Source: Bdellovibrionales bacterium (GTDB taxonomy: Bacteria; Bdellovibrionota; UBA1018; CAIMNF01). Taken from it: a stretch of 53,859 nt of DNA. The DNA lies in the NCBI GenBank assembly GCA_040380025.1, contig JBEIJY010000015.1, positions 1 to 53,859 of the forward strand. Reading direction: 5' to 3'. Positions 26,353 through 36,143 of this stretch are shown piece by piece. The notes below the pieces were generated by a model that did no database searches, was not told where the DNA came from, and worked only from the letters and a program-made list of their open reading frames with translations. The position numbers were made by a program, and so were the translations under genes. Numbering within the stretch: the stretch's first letter is position 1; every line of letters begins with the position of its first letter.

Positions 26353-29300
26353 ATGACTCGCGCGCACTCCAACAGAGTCGCTTTCGCGCTCCTTTTCCTT
26401 GCGATCAGCATTTCCTCATCCCCCGCCGCAAGCGCCTCACAGGGATCGTGCGCGGTTCCGCTCGACGAAACCAAAAGCGCGCCCGCGATCGATCTTTTGC
26501 TCGACGGCGTGCCGGTCGATCGCGATCGCCTGATCGACAAAATCGCCTCGGGCCTCGATTCCTCGCTCCTCGAACCCCAGTTGAGCCGCATTTACCGGCG
26601 CGAGCCGCTTCCGATCGCCGAGGGCCCCGCGCTCTCGTACCCGGCCGAATCGGCACTCGTCGAATTCGAGTCGCCCCTTGCCAGCACGGCGGGGCTCGTG
26701 CGGGCGCGCGTTTCACTTCCCGGCGAGCCGAACCGCGCCTTCCAAATGAACCTGAGCCTTGACACTCACGCGGCGCTTGCGCGAAACGCCCTTCTTCGTC
26801 GCTTGGGCTATGCCGTCACCCCGCCACGCCATTATTTTTTGCTGAAGGTGCGGTTCCCCTCGCCCGAGGTGCGCGATTCGTTCCTCGATCAGCTCTCGAA
26901 CGACACCCTCACTGCCCGAAGCCGCTGGGTGATCGAAGACCTCTCCTCGCCCGCGCGCGATCTCCTGACCCTCACCTTCCGCGATCTTGTGCTCGAACCC
27001 GCCCTGATCGAAATCCCCCAGCTCCACTGGGGAATCTTCCCCTCTTCTTTGCTCGCCTCAAGGCGGCCGCTTCGCGCGCTCCTAGTACCGCTCACCGTGC
27101 TCGAGCTCCCCGAGAGCGTGAATCTTTTTTCGCCCGAGCCCGCCAAGATCTTCAACGACTCGCTCGTATTCACGCGGCCGCGCGCCGAGGTGTTCCAAGC
27201 CGAAACCTCGATCGGCGATGTGCGCTGGATTGCGCGCAAACTCGCCAAACTCTCGCGCTCCGAATGGAGCGAGATTCTGCGCGCCGCGCGCTACCCGCCC
27301 GACATCGAGGCCCTTTTGCTCGAAAAAACCCTCTCCCGCGTAAACCGCCTCATCCGGGTTGCGAGCATCAGCGACTTCACTCCGCACGCGGTGAATCTGA
27401 ATCTTTCAACCGGGGCCGTGATTCGCGGAAAGGCGACGCGCGAGCAATACGAGGGCTATGCGCTTCGCTTCACTTATGGTGACCCCGAGAGTCCGCTTCG
27501 GGCCTCCGAGCTTGCGCGATTTTTCGGGATCTCCGCGATCGGCGGGGTCCTCTCGTCGATTCTTGAACTCGGGAGCTCGTATTTGCAAGCGGTGACCCCT
27601 TCGTGGTGGGTGCAAAAACACCAGGAGCGCGCTTGGCGCGATCTGCTGAATCATGTGCAAACGCGGCCGAACGAGCCGTATTCCCAGCCCGTGCAAATCT
27701 GGGGTGGTCCGGTGGCGGGTGCGAATTTGAGTGCAGCCCGCACGATCCTGACCGGCACCTACTACGGGTCAACGAGCGGAATCCAACTCGTCGACTCGCT
27801 TACCGCCTCGGCGAATTTTGGCGGATTTTTCGGCATCTCCGGAATCCCGGGCGCGGGGCTTGCCCTCTCGCCCACGGTGCAAGGGAGCCGGACCTTCGTG
27901 CGGGTGCGCCCCATGCCTGACGTCAAGACCGCCTGGAAGGAGTCCTGGTCGCGCGTTGCGGTTCCGGCGTATTTTCAGGCGCTCCTGAAGCGTCTTGATG
28001 GTCCCGACGCGACCGCGGCCGCTTCGGCCTTGTTTGAATCTCTTGCGCCGGGCGAGCTTTTGATCGTTTCGGATTCGGTGATCTCGGGCGCGCGTGCCTC
28101 GGTGCAGATTCCCCTCGGGGCCCTGATCGGGTTTTTGCCCTCGTTCGGGAGCGTCGACGGATCGGCCTCTCTTTCGGGGAATTTCACGGTTCTATCGCGT
28201 ACGACGATCGCGCGCACCGACGAGGGCCTGCAGATTTATCTTCAAAATGCGCACTCGGGGACGCTCGATCTCGATCTCTCTGCGCGGATCATCCTGCGCG
28301 CGGTCGATCTGAACACCACCGCGTACCGGGGCCGGGCCCGCACCGAGGCGTATCTGATTCCCGAGGCCCTTCCGGACGGGGCAACGGCGGAATCGCTCCG
28401 GCGCGCCCTTCGCGCGCTCTTATTGAAGCAAAACCCCGAAGTCCTGCGCGAGGAGTTCGCGCCTTGGAAGCTCGATCATCGGGTCAAGGGGCACCGTCTG
28501 CGCCTCGGAATCGGGCCGTTTTCGTGGCTGAAGCGCGAGACGATCCATCGGGTGACGATCGTGCCGCCCGCAGACCCCGAGGGTCGGTATCGTGCCGAGG
28601 AGTTTCGGCGCACGGTCCTCGAGGCGACGCGAACGCGCGTGCACGGCTCGGACTGGTACGGATTCGCGGGTGCGACGGTGCGCGATTTTGCTCCGTTCTT
28701 GAATCTCGCCGGGCCGGCCCGGGGCGATGATCCTTCGGCGAACTTCGGGGGCCGCTCGACATCGACCGTCGTGAATGCGCAAGTCGAGCTCACACCGGGT
28801 CGTGAATCGGACGTGTTTTTGCGCGTCGATCACGCGTTCTCGGGGTGGCATCTTTCAAAAAAACGGTTCCTTGGGCTTTGGGATGCGCTTCTTCGGCCCC
28901 TCGAAGGCCTGCGCCTCGCCCCTGGCGAGCTCGTGAATCGCGATGAGTTCCACCAAACGCGCGCGGTTCAGGCGTTTCGCCTGGGGTACACCCTGCTGAT
29001 CGATTCCGAAGGGGCACGGCGGATTCTTGCGCTCGTCGATTCGCGCACGACCGGAACGATCGAGGCATTTCGACGCCTGGTCGCGTTCATGGGGAAGAGC
29101 CAGTACGAGGCATTTTGCAAGCAATCGGGTTATGAACCTCGAATTTACCAAGGCACGCGCATTCCCGACGGATTTTCGGTGCCGGTGGGATCGGTCCTCG
29201 AACAAGTCGACAAAACCGCCGTGCTCCTCGGCTGTGCCACGGAGTTCATGAAGAGCGTGTTTCGGTTGCGCGCCGAGATCGCGCGCGAGAGGGAGCAAGA

Positions 29301-29610
29301 CCAAGAGCAAGAGCAAGACGAAGAGCAAGCAAAGGACCGGCTTCGCCGTTTGATTCACGTCACCGATCGACTCCTAAGCGCGAGCGATGTTGCCATGATG
29401 ATTCGAATCGCCGGAGAATCGCACTCGTTCTTTCAGGCGAGCCTGAGCGGGTTCCGCACGCACGACGAGAACGGCGATTCGCAGTACTTCTCGAACACGA
29501 TCGGGCTCATCGAGCAGGAGCCCGTCGGCGGGCCGCTCTCGGACATCGCCGCAGGAAGCGGGATTTCTTCGAACGAGATCGAGGCGAGGTATCTTTCGAA
29601 TGGGTATTAA
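26353..29610 (+). CDS. Large secreted hypothetical protein (~1085 aa)
   Basis: Signal peptide MTRAHSNRVAFALLFLAISISSSPAASA, a long open frame, and overlap with the downstream protease start. Confidence 0.8.
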   Translation: MTRAHSNRVAFALLFLAISISSSPAASASQGSCAVPLDETKSAPAIDLLLDGVPVDRDRLIDKIASGLDSSLLEPQLSRIYRREPLPIAEGPALSYPAESALVEFESPLASTAGLVRARVSLPGEPNRAFQMNLSLDTHAALARNALLRRLGYAVTPPRHYFLLKVRFPSPEVRDSFLDQLSNDTLTARSRWVIEDLSSPARDLLTLTFRDLVLEPALIEIPQLHWGIFPSSLLASRRPLRALLVPLTVLELPESVNLFSPEPAKIFNDSLVFTRPRAEVFQAETSIGDVRWIARKLAKLSRSEWSEILRAARYPPDIEALLLEKTLSRVNRLIRVASISDFTPHAVNLNLSTGAVIRGKATREQYEGYALRFTYGDPESPLRASELARFFGISAIGGVLSSILELGSSYLQAVTPSWWVQKHQERAWRDLLNHVQTRPNEPYSQPVQIWGGPVAGANLSAARTILTGTYYGSTSGIQLVDSLTASANFGGFFGISGIPGAGLALSPTVQGSRTFVRVRPMPDVKTAWKESWSRVAVPAYFQALLKRLDGPDATAAASALFESLAPGELLIVSDSVISGARASVQIPLGALIGFLPSFGSVDGSASLSGNFTVLSRTTIARTDEGLQIYLQNAHSGTLDLDLSARIILRAVDLNTTAYRGRARTEAYLIPEALPDGATAESLRRALRALLLKQNPEVLREEFAPWKLDHRVKGHRLRLGIGPFSWLKRETIHRVTIVPPADPEGRYRAEEFRRTVLEATRTRVHGSDWYGFAGATVRDFAPFLNLAGPARGDDPSANFGGRSTSTVVNAQVELTPGRESDVFLRVDHAFSGWHLSKKRFLGLWDALLRPLEGLRLAPGELVNRDEFHQTRAVQAFRLGYTLLIDSEGARRILALVDSRTTGTIEAFRRLVAFMGKSQYEAFCKQSGYEPRIYQGTRIPDGFSVPVGSVLEQVDKTAVLLGCATEFMKSVFRLRAEIAREREQDQEQEQDEEQAKDRLRRLIHVTDRLLSASDVAMMIRIAGESHSFFQASLSGFRTHDENGDSQYFSNTIGLIEQEPVGGPLSDIAAGSGISSNEIEARYLSNGY

Positions 29611-32335
29611 TTCGTTTTTGACCCTTGCGTGGGGACTCCTGAACACCGGCGCGCCCCAGCCGGTGGTGATCGATCATTTCACCTCGGGCTATGTGCAGGG
29701 AATTCGGGGCGAGGACATCGGGCTCGAGACGGCTGGTGCCGGGGTAGCTGGTGCCGCGACCAGCGATGCAAACCGAGAACCTCGCACGCCCGTGATCGTC
29801 GCCGTCCTCGACACGGGCGTCGATGCGACTCATCCGGCGCTTCAGGGCGCGCTCGCCTTGCCGGGATTCAACGCGATCGATCGCTCGACCGATGTGCGCG
29901 ACACCCACGGGCACGGGACACACGTCTCGGGCATCATCGCCGCACGCGCGGGTCCGAGCGGATTTCGCGGAGTCAGCCCGAATGCGATCATTTACCCCGT
30001 CAAGGTCGTACAAACAGGACCGAACGGGCCCGCGCGTCCGCAACAAACCACGGGCGAGGCCGGAACAGCCCTGACCGAGACGGTCGCCGCCGGAATCGAA
30101 GCCGCACTCGATCGGGGCGCGCAGGTGATTCAGCTTTCGCTTGCCTGGCCCGCCTCGATTCGATCAAAACGGGTCGAGCGGGCCCTCGCGCGCGCCCGCC
30201 AAAACCAAGTGCTCGTCGTCGCCTCGGCCGGAAACGACAGCACGCTTGCCCGCGTTGATCCGTGTTCGTACGAAGAGGTCCTTTGCGTGGGAGCGCACGG
30301 TCCCGATGGCGCGTTCACGCATTTTTCGAATCACGGGCCGATGGTCGACCTTCTGGCCCCGGGCCTTTCGATCTTGAGCCTTTGGCCCCTCTCCAAATCC
30401 CCGACTACCTTTGCCGGGGGCTCGGGCTTTGAGCTCCGGAACGGCACCTCGATGGCGGCGCCCTTTGTGAGCGGGGCCGTGGCCGAGCTTCTTTCGCGTG
30501 GGATTCCGCCGCGCGAGGTGCGCAGTCGCTTGCTCTTGGGCGCGAGGGCGGTGCGCGCGGAATCGCTGTTTCAAAGCGAGGTCGTGGAGCGGGCCTCCCC
30601 CGCCCTTGCCAAGCCCCGAAAAACCCTCGCCTTCGGGAACCTCGACATCGGGCGTGCTCTGGCGATGCGTCCAGTGCCCTTTCTTCGGCTCAAAGAAAAG
30701 CACGAGCGGGAAGTGCTCTGGGATGGCAAAACGCCCGAGATTTCGCTCCCGATTACTCTTACGAATGACTGGGCCACGGCGACGAATATTCGTGTGCGCG
30801 TATCGGGCCAGACCATGAGTACTCGTGCGCTTCGTGCGGGAGAGTCGTTCGAGTTTGTGGCGCGAATTCCAATCTCGCTCGATCACGAAAGCTCTTTTTT
30901 CGTCTCTGCGCGCATCGAGTGCGATCAGGCTCCGGCGCGCGAGGTGGTGATTCCCGTTTCGGTCGCGCGCCCCGTCTCGGCAAACGCGGTTCCAGGCGAA
31001 GCAATAATATATTCCATTCCGGGGTTGATCCAAACCCCCGAACGGGTGATTCGCTCGGTGAAGCTCGCACGCGCAGGCGATTCGCCCGAGTTCGTGGTTC
31101 TTTCGGATCAGCCCGAAGGGGTGCTTCTTCAGCCTGTGGCTGTGAGTGGGGCTGGGCCCGATGGAGCCGGGCCTATGCGCCTATTCCGGGCCGCTCAGCC
31201 GGTCCTCGTAACCGGATTCCGGGCCGAGCACCTGTACCAAATCGAACGGCTCCCCGATCAGAGCTACTCCTCGGTCTGGATCAGGCGCGACCCGAAGAAG
31301 CCCCGCCCGAGCACTTTTTTTCGCAGGTTTTCGCCGGACTTTCAGCCCGTCACCGGCTACGAGCTCGAGCCCGACGTGACGAATCTTCCCGAGAATTTTC
31401 GATTCATGCCCATGAACCACGCGCTTGCTCCCATGTGGGTGTCGTATGGGCTCCTCCCGGCCGCCGACCGGCCGCCCTTCGACCCTTGGGCACGCAGGGA
31501 GCCGAATGAGGTGTTGCCGCGCATTTATTTTGTTCATCAGAACGCACTCCGAGTCGTACCCACAGGCAAAACCGAGATTCCCCTTGCGCTCATTGCCGAC
31601 GGGCGGGTGTTGGCCTCTTCGGGCGAGTCGTACCTTCAGAGATACACGCTTTTGACCATCACCGAGGGCGCGATCTCGAAGCGCGAGGAGCTCTCCCTGC
31701 CGGGGTATCGCATGCTGATCGGCGCGCGGTTTGGCGAGGTGCTCGATTTGCGCTCGAAACGCGACCCATCCGATCCGTCCCACCGATTCGAAGGGAGCGT
31801 GCAAAGTACGGTGGTCACGACTCCGTCGACTCCGGGGAGTCTTCGCATTTCGAACCTCGCGGGGCGCGGGCAATCTTGGGATCGCGAGCTCGTGCGTCCC
31901 TCGGTGCTCGATTCGCTGATCTCGGTGCCGGGGGTGTATCAAGAGGCCCTGGGAGTCGGGTTTTTTATCGAAGGACAGTATGATCTTTGGTTCGCGCCCG
32001 CCACGGGGGAACCGATGATTTCGACCTCGATGAACCGGTACAGTTATCTTCCGTCGATGGTTTTTTCGCGCGGGTGGTTTCCGCTCGCTCTGCGCGGGCA
32101 AAATCAAGCCGAGCTCCCGGCGCTCTATTCGCCCGCCTCGCTTGCGAACGGGAATCGCTCCGAGGTGCTGGTGTTCGATCGCGCGAATCAGCGCATCCGG
32201 CGCCCCGTGCGCTTTCGATTCGCGGCGGGAAAAGACTGCATGCCGGTCGGCAACCTTGTGCGCGCGCCCGACGCGCCGGCAAGCCTCGCCTTTTTTTGCG
32301 GCGATTCGCTTGTGCTGGTGGCGGCGAGGGAGTGA
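29600..32335 (+). CDS. S8 subtilisin-like serine protease with long C-terminal extension
   Basis: Catalytic motifs VAVLDTG, HGTHVSG, SAGN and GTSMAAP. Confidence 0.92.
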   Translation: MGINSFLTLAWGLLNTGAPQPVVIDHFTSGYVQGIRGEDIGLETAGAGVAGAATSDANREPRTPVIVAVLDTGVDATHPALQGALALPGFNAIDRSTDVRDTHGHGTHVSGIIAARAGPSGFRGVSPNAIIYPVKVVQTGPNGPARPQQTTGEAGTALTETVAAGIEAALDRGAQVIQLSLAWPASIRSKRVERALARARQNQVLVVASAGNDSTLARVDPCSYEEVLCVGAHGPDGAFTHFSNHGPMVDLLAPGLSILSLWPLSKSPTTFAGGSGFELRNGTSMAAPFVSGAVAELLSRGIPPREVRSRLLLGARAVRAESLFQSEVVERASPALAKPRKTLAFGNLDIGRALAMRPVPFLRLKEKHEREVLWDGKTPEISLPITLTNDWATATNIRVRVSGQTMSTRALRAGESFEFVARIPISLDHESSFFVSARIECDQAPAREVVIPVSVARPVSANAVPGEAIIYSIPGLIQTPERVIRSVKLARAGDSPEFVVLSDQPEGVLLQPVAVSGAGPDGAGPMRLFRAAQPVLVTGFRAEHLYQIERLPDQSYSSVWIRRDPKKPRPSTFFRRFSPDFQPVTGYELEPDVTNLPENFRFMPMNHALAPMWVSYGLLPAADRPPFDPWARREPNEVLPRIYFVHQNALRVVPTGKTEIPLALIADGRVLASSGESYLQRYTLLTITEGAISKREELSLPGYRMLIGARFGEVLDLRSKRDPSDPSHRFEGSVQSTVVTTPSTPGSLRISNLAGRGQSWDRELVRPSVLDSLISVPGVYQEALGVGFFIEGQYDLWFAPATGEPMISTSMNRYSYLPSMVFSRGWFPLALRGQNQAELPALYSPASLANGNRSEVLVFDRANQRIRRPVRFRFAAGKDCMPVGNLVRAPDAPASLAFFCGDSLVLVAARE

Positions 32336-32382
32336 GAGGGATTCAAAAAAACACTCAACTTTGCCCTCAAATGAAAAAGCAC

Positions 32383-32421
32383 AAAAAAAGGAACGGCCGG
32401 ATGAATCACCTCAACCGGCCT
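32383..32421 (-). terminator. Putative terminator after hutH
   Basis: Minus strand GGCCGG...CCGGCC hairpin followed by GTTCC and a T-run. Confidence 0.5.
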
Positions 32422-32459
32422 GATCTTGACTCAATCGCAAACCCATCCGAGCCACGCCA

Positions 32460-33956
32460 TCACCACTCCCCTGTCATCGCCTCAATCTTCGCGATCGCCT
32501 CATAAAAGGGCGCATCTTCGGTAAAGAAGGGCACGTCCTTTCGCACCCGGGCCTTCACGCGCTCGAGGGCCGGCGTGGTCTTGAGCGGGGCGAGCAAATC
32601 CACTCCTTGGGTCGCGGCCATGAGCTCCATCGCGAGCACCCGCCGCACGTTGGTGATCACCTTCAGACACTTCCGCGCGGCCCAGGCCCCCATGCTCACA
32701 TGGTCTTCTTTGTCGGCCGAGGTCGGAATCGTATCGACCGAGGCCGGGTGGCACAGGGTCTTGTTCTCGCTCACGATCGAGGCCGCCGCGACCTGCACGA
32801 TCATGAACCCCGAGTTGATCCCTGACTTTTGGATCAAAAACGCGGGCAGTTCCGAAATCGCGGGGTTGATGAGCTTCTCGATTCGCTGCTCCGAGATCGA
32901 ACCGAGCTCGGCCACCGCGATCGAAAGATAATCCATCGCAAGCGCCAGATACTGCCCATGAAAATTCCCGCCGCTCAGAATCTCGTCGTCGTCCGCGAAC
33001 ACGAGCGGATTGTCGGTGACCGAGTTGATCTCGCGCTCGACCGTCGCGCGCACGAAGCGAATCGTGTCGAGCGTCGCCCCGTGGACCTGCGGAATGCACC
33101 GGAGCGAGTACGGGTCCTGCACCTTTCCGCATCCCACGTGACTCTTTGCGATCGGGCTCTTTTTCGGTTGGTTCAGGATCTCGCGGAACTGCCGCGCAAT
33201 CTCGATCTGCCCGGGATGCGGTCGCACCGCATGGATTTTTTTATCGAACGCGACACTCGTCCCACGCAGGGCCTCGAGGGTCATCGCGCCCGAGAGGGTC
33301 GCCACGCGCAGCAATTGCTCGGCCTCGACCACCGCAAACACCGCGAGCGCCGCCATGAACTGCGTGCCATTGATGAGCGCAAGGCCTTCTTTCGGCCCGA
33401 GCGTGACCGGTGCGAGCTTGCGCCGACGAAGCGCCTCGGCTCCCGACACGAGCTCGCCCTTCACATACGCGCGGCCCTCGCCGATCAGCACGAGCGCCAA
33501 GTGGGCAAGGGGCGAGAGATCGCCACTGGCGCCGACGCTTCCCTGCTCGGGGATCCACGGCGTGATGTCATGATTCAAAAGTTCCAACAGCGCATGCACG
33601 ACACCGACGCTCACGCCCGAGTTCCCTTGGGTGAGGGTCGCCGCCCGAAGGAGCGTCATCGCGCGGACCTGTTCGCGACCAAGAGCCTCGCCCGTGCCCA
33701 CGGCGTGCGAGCGAAGCAGGTTCACCTGCAATCGCGCCAGGTCCGCCTCGTCGATCTTCACATTCGAGAGCAGTCCGAAGCCGGTATTCACTCCGTACAG
33801 GGTCTCGCCCGAGCGTGCTTTTTTTAGCAAATACGAATGCGCCTTTTGAATGCGCTTTTTTGCCGCAGGCGCAAGCGTGACCTTCACTCCGCCCTTTGCC
33901 ACCGCGCAAACTTGTTCGAGGGTAAGAGGTGCCTTGCCGAGCTCGAGCGTCTTCAT
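32460..33956 (-). CDS. hutH: Histidine ammonia-lyase
   Basis: YGVNTGFG, GSVGASGDL (MIO), QDPYSLRC and EDHVSMG motifs. Confidence 0.97.
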   Translation of the reverse strand: MKTLELGKAPLTLEQVCAVAKGGVKVTLAPAAKKRIQKAHSYLLKKARSGETLYGVNTGFGLLSNVKIDEADLARLQVNLLRSHAVGTGEALGREQVRAMTLLRAATLTQGNSGVSVGVVHALLELLNHDITPWIPEQGSVGASGDLSPLAHLALVLIGEGRAYVKGELVSGAEALRRRKLAPVTLGPKEGLALINGTQFMAALAVFAVVEAEQLLRVATLSGAMTLEALRGTSVAFDKKIHAVRPHPGQIEIARQFREILNQPKKSPIAKSHVGCGKVQDPYSLRCIPQVHGATLDTIRFVRATVEREINSVTDNPLVFADDDEILSGGNFHGQYLALAMDYLSIAVAELGSISEQRIEKLINPAISELPAFLIQKSGINSGFMIVQVAAASIVSENKTLCHPASVDTIPTSADKEDHVSMGAWAARKCLKVITNVRRVLAMELMAATQGVDLLAPLKTTPALERVKARVRKDVPFFTEDAPFYEAIAKIEAMTGEW

Positions 33957-34603
33957 CGAATCGCGGCCTCCAGCTCGTGGTATGCGGCTTTTCGGTCTTT
34001 GGCACCGAAGATGGCCGAACCCGCCACAAACACCTCGACCCCGGCCTCGCGGCAGGGCACGGCGGTCACGGCATTGATTCCGCCGTCGATCTCGATCCAG
34101 TAGCCGAAGCCTTGCGACTTCTTCTTTTCGGCAAGCCAGCGCACCTTTTCGAGCGACTCGGCCAAAAAGCCCTGCCCGCCAAAGCCCGGCTCGACACTCA
34201 TCACGAGCACCAAATCGAGAACCGGCAAGAGCGGCTCGAGCAGTTCGACCGGAGTGCCGGGCTTGATCGAAATTCCCGCCTTTTTGTTCGAATTGCGAAT
34301 GAGCTCCAACAGCGGACGCGGATCGCGCGTGGCCTCGTGGTGGATCGTGATCACGTCGGCGCCCGCGCGCAAAAACCAGGGAATCATCTTCTCGGGCTCG
34401 TTCACCATCAGGTGGCAGTCGAGCACCGATTTGGTGCGGGGACGGATCGCGCTCACGACGACCGGTCCGATCGTCATGTTCGGAACAAAATGCCCGTCCA
34501 TCACATCGACATGAAGCCAGGTGGCTCCGCAGGCCTCGACCTCCTCGATCTCACTCTGGAGCTTCGAAAAATCCGCAGACAAAATCGACGGTGCGATGAT
34601 CAC
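33953..34603 (-). CDS. rpe: Ribulose-phosphate 3-epimerase
   Basis: IAPSILSADF, HVDVMDGHFVPN, MSVEPGFGGQ and IDGG motifs. GTG start with SD GGAGG. Confidence 0.96.
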   Translation of the reverse strand: MIIAPSILSADFSKLQSEIEEVEACGATWLHVDVMDGHFVPNMTIGPVVVSAIRPRTKSVLDCHLMVNEPEKMIPWFLRAGADVITIHHEATRDPRPLLELIRNSNKKAGISIKPGTPVELLEPLLPVLDLVLVMSVEPGFGGQGFLAESLEKVRWLAEKKKSQGFGYWIEIDGGINAVTAVPCREAGVEVFVAGSAIFGAKDRKAAYHELEAAIR

Positions 34604-35556
34604 AACACGCCTCCCTCTTTCAGCCCGAGCGGAAGCGTGATCCCCCGCCCCTGAAGCCCGTTCAAGAAGTCCTGCCCGCCGACCGCGCGCTTGCCCTCTT
34701 CCTGAAGCTCCATCACTTGATAACTCCCCTGCCCGCACTGCAAAAAGAGCTCCCCGCCGAACGACAACAGCGTGCCGGGCTCGAGCGACCTTCCGGGCGT
34801 GAACGCGACCGGGCGGCCTTTTTTGATCTTGATCTTCAGTCCGTCGGCGGTTTCGATGCGCGTCCCGGGCCAGGGGTTCAATGCCCGCACCGCAAGGTCG
34901 ATCTCGCGCGCGCTTTTCTTCCAGTCCAAAAGCTCCATCTCTTTCGTGAGCTTGTGCGCGTAGGTCACCAGCGACTCGTCCTGTGGTGTGCCCCGCAGGG
35001 TTCCTTCAGTGATTCCCCGAAGTGTCGGCAGAATCATCTTCGCGCCAAGCTCGCTTAGGCGATCATGCACGGTTTCAGCCGTGTCTTCGGGTCCGATCGC
35101 GATTTTTTCTTGCAGGTACATCTCGCCCGCGTCGAGTTTGGGCACAATTCGCATCGTCGTGATGCCCGTTTCAGCATCGCCCGAAAGAATCGACCACTGA
35201 ATCGGGGCCGCTCCCCGCCAGCGCGGAAGAAGCGAAGAGTGAATGTTGATGGTGCCGAATTTTGGCGCCTCGATGACGGGGAGCTTTAAAATCTGCCCGT
35301 AGGCCACGACCACGATGAAGTCGGGCGCAAGGTGCTGAAGCCGCTCGATCTCTTCGGGAATCGAGACTTTTACGGGTGTATACACGGGCACACCTGCCTC
35401 GAGCGCCGTTTGCTTCACGGGCGAATGCTGGAGCTTCAACCCCCGACCCACCGGCTTGTCGGGCTGGGTGTAAACCGCCAGCACCTCGGTGTTTGCGAGC
35501 AGGGCTTTCAGTGTCGGAACCGCGAACTCCGGGGTTCCCATGAATACGACTTTCAT
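34600..35556 (-). CDS. fmt: Methionyl-tRNA formyltransferase
   Basis: FMGTPEFA, YTQPD and NIHSSLLPRWRGAAPI motifs. Confidence 0.97.
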   Translation of the reverse strand: MKVVFMGTPEFAVPTLKALLANTEVLAVYTQPDKPVGRGLKLQHSPVKQTALEAGVPVYTPVKVSIPEEIERLQHLAPDFIVVVAYGQILKLPVIEAPKFGTINIHSSLLPRWRGAAPIQWSILSGDAETGITTMRIVPKLDAGEMYLQEKIAIGPEDTAETVHDRLSELGAKMILPTLRGITEGTLRGTPQDESLVTYAHKLTKEMELLDWKKSAREIDLAVRALNPWPGTRIETADGLKIKIKKGRPVAFTPGRSLEPGTLLSFGGELFLQCGQGSYQVMELQEEGKRAVGGQDFLNGLQGRGITLPLGLKEGGVL

Positions 35557-36137
35557 TCTTGTTCCTCGGTTTTTCGGGCGCGAAGGAGCTTCTTTTTTGC
35601 GAAGGACTTCTTCAGCTGGCTCAGGCGGTCGATGAACAAAAACCCGTTCAAGTGGTCCATCTCGTGCTGAAGACACACCGACAGGAGCCCTTCGGCCGAA
35701 AGGGTTTTGGTGAGCCCGTCGATGTCGACATAGCGGAGCTTGATCTTGTCGGCGCGCTGGACCTCGGCCGAGTAATCGGGAACCGAGAGGCAGGCTTCCT
35801 TCATCGATGAAGTGCCTTCTTTTAGGATGATTTCGGGATTGATCAGAATCAGCGGTTTTTTTCCCGACACGATCTGCCCGTTGATCACCTCGCCCTCGGG
35901 CACGGGCTCGCCCGGCCGGAGCTCTTCGGGGTCGATCGCCTCGTACTCGGTGTCGACAACGATGATGCGCTCGAGGATCCCGACCTGGTTTGCGGCAAGG
36001 CCGATTCCCGGGGCGTGATACATGGTCTCGAGCATGTCGTCGGCAAGACGATGGTGCTCCTTGCCCACGCGATCAATGGGCTGGGCTTTTTTGGCAAGAA
36101 CCGCATCTGGAAACGTGTAAATCTTGAGCTTGGCCAT
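35553..36137 (-). CDS. def: Peptide deformylase
   Basis: GIGLAANQ, EACLS and QHEMDH motifs. Confidence 0.96.
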   Translation of the reverse strand: MAKLKIYTFPDAVLAKKAQPIDRVGKEHHRLADDMLETMYHAPGIGLAANQVGILERIIVVDTEYEAIDPEELRPGEPVPEGEVINGQIVSGKKPLILINPEIILKEGTSSMKEACLSVPDYSAEVQRADKIKLRYVDIDGLTKTLSAEGLLSVCLQHEMDHLNGFLFIDRLSQLKKSFAKKKLLRARKTEEQE

Positions 36138-36143
36138 GGGGTT

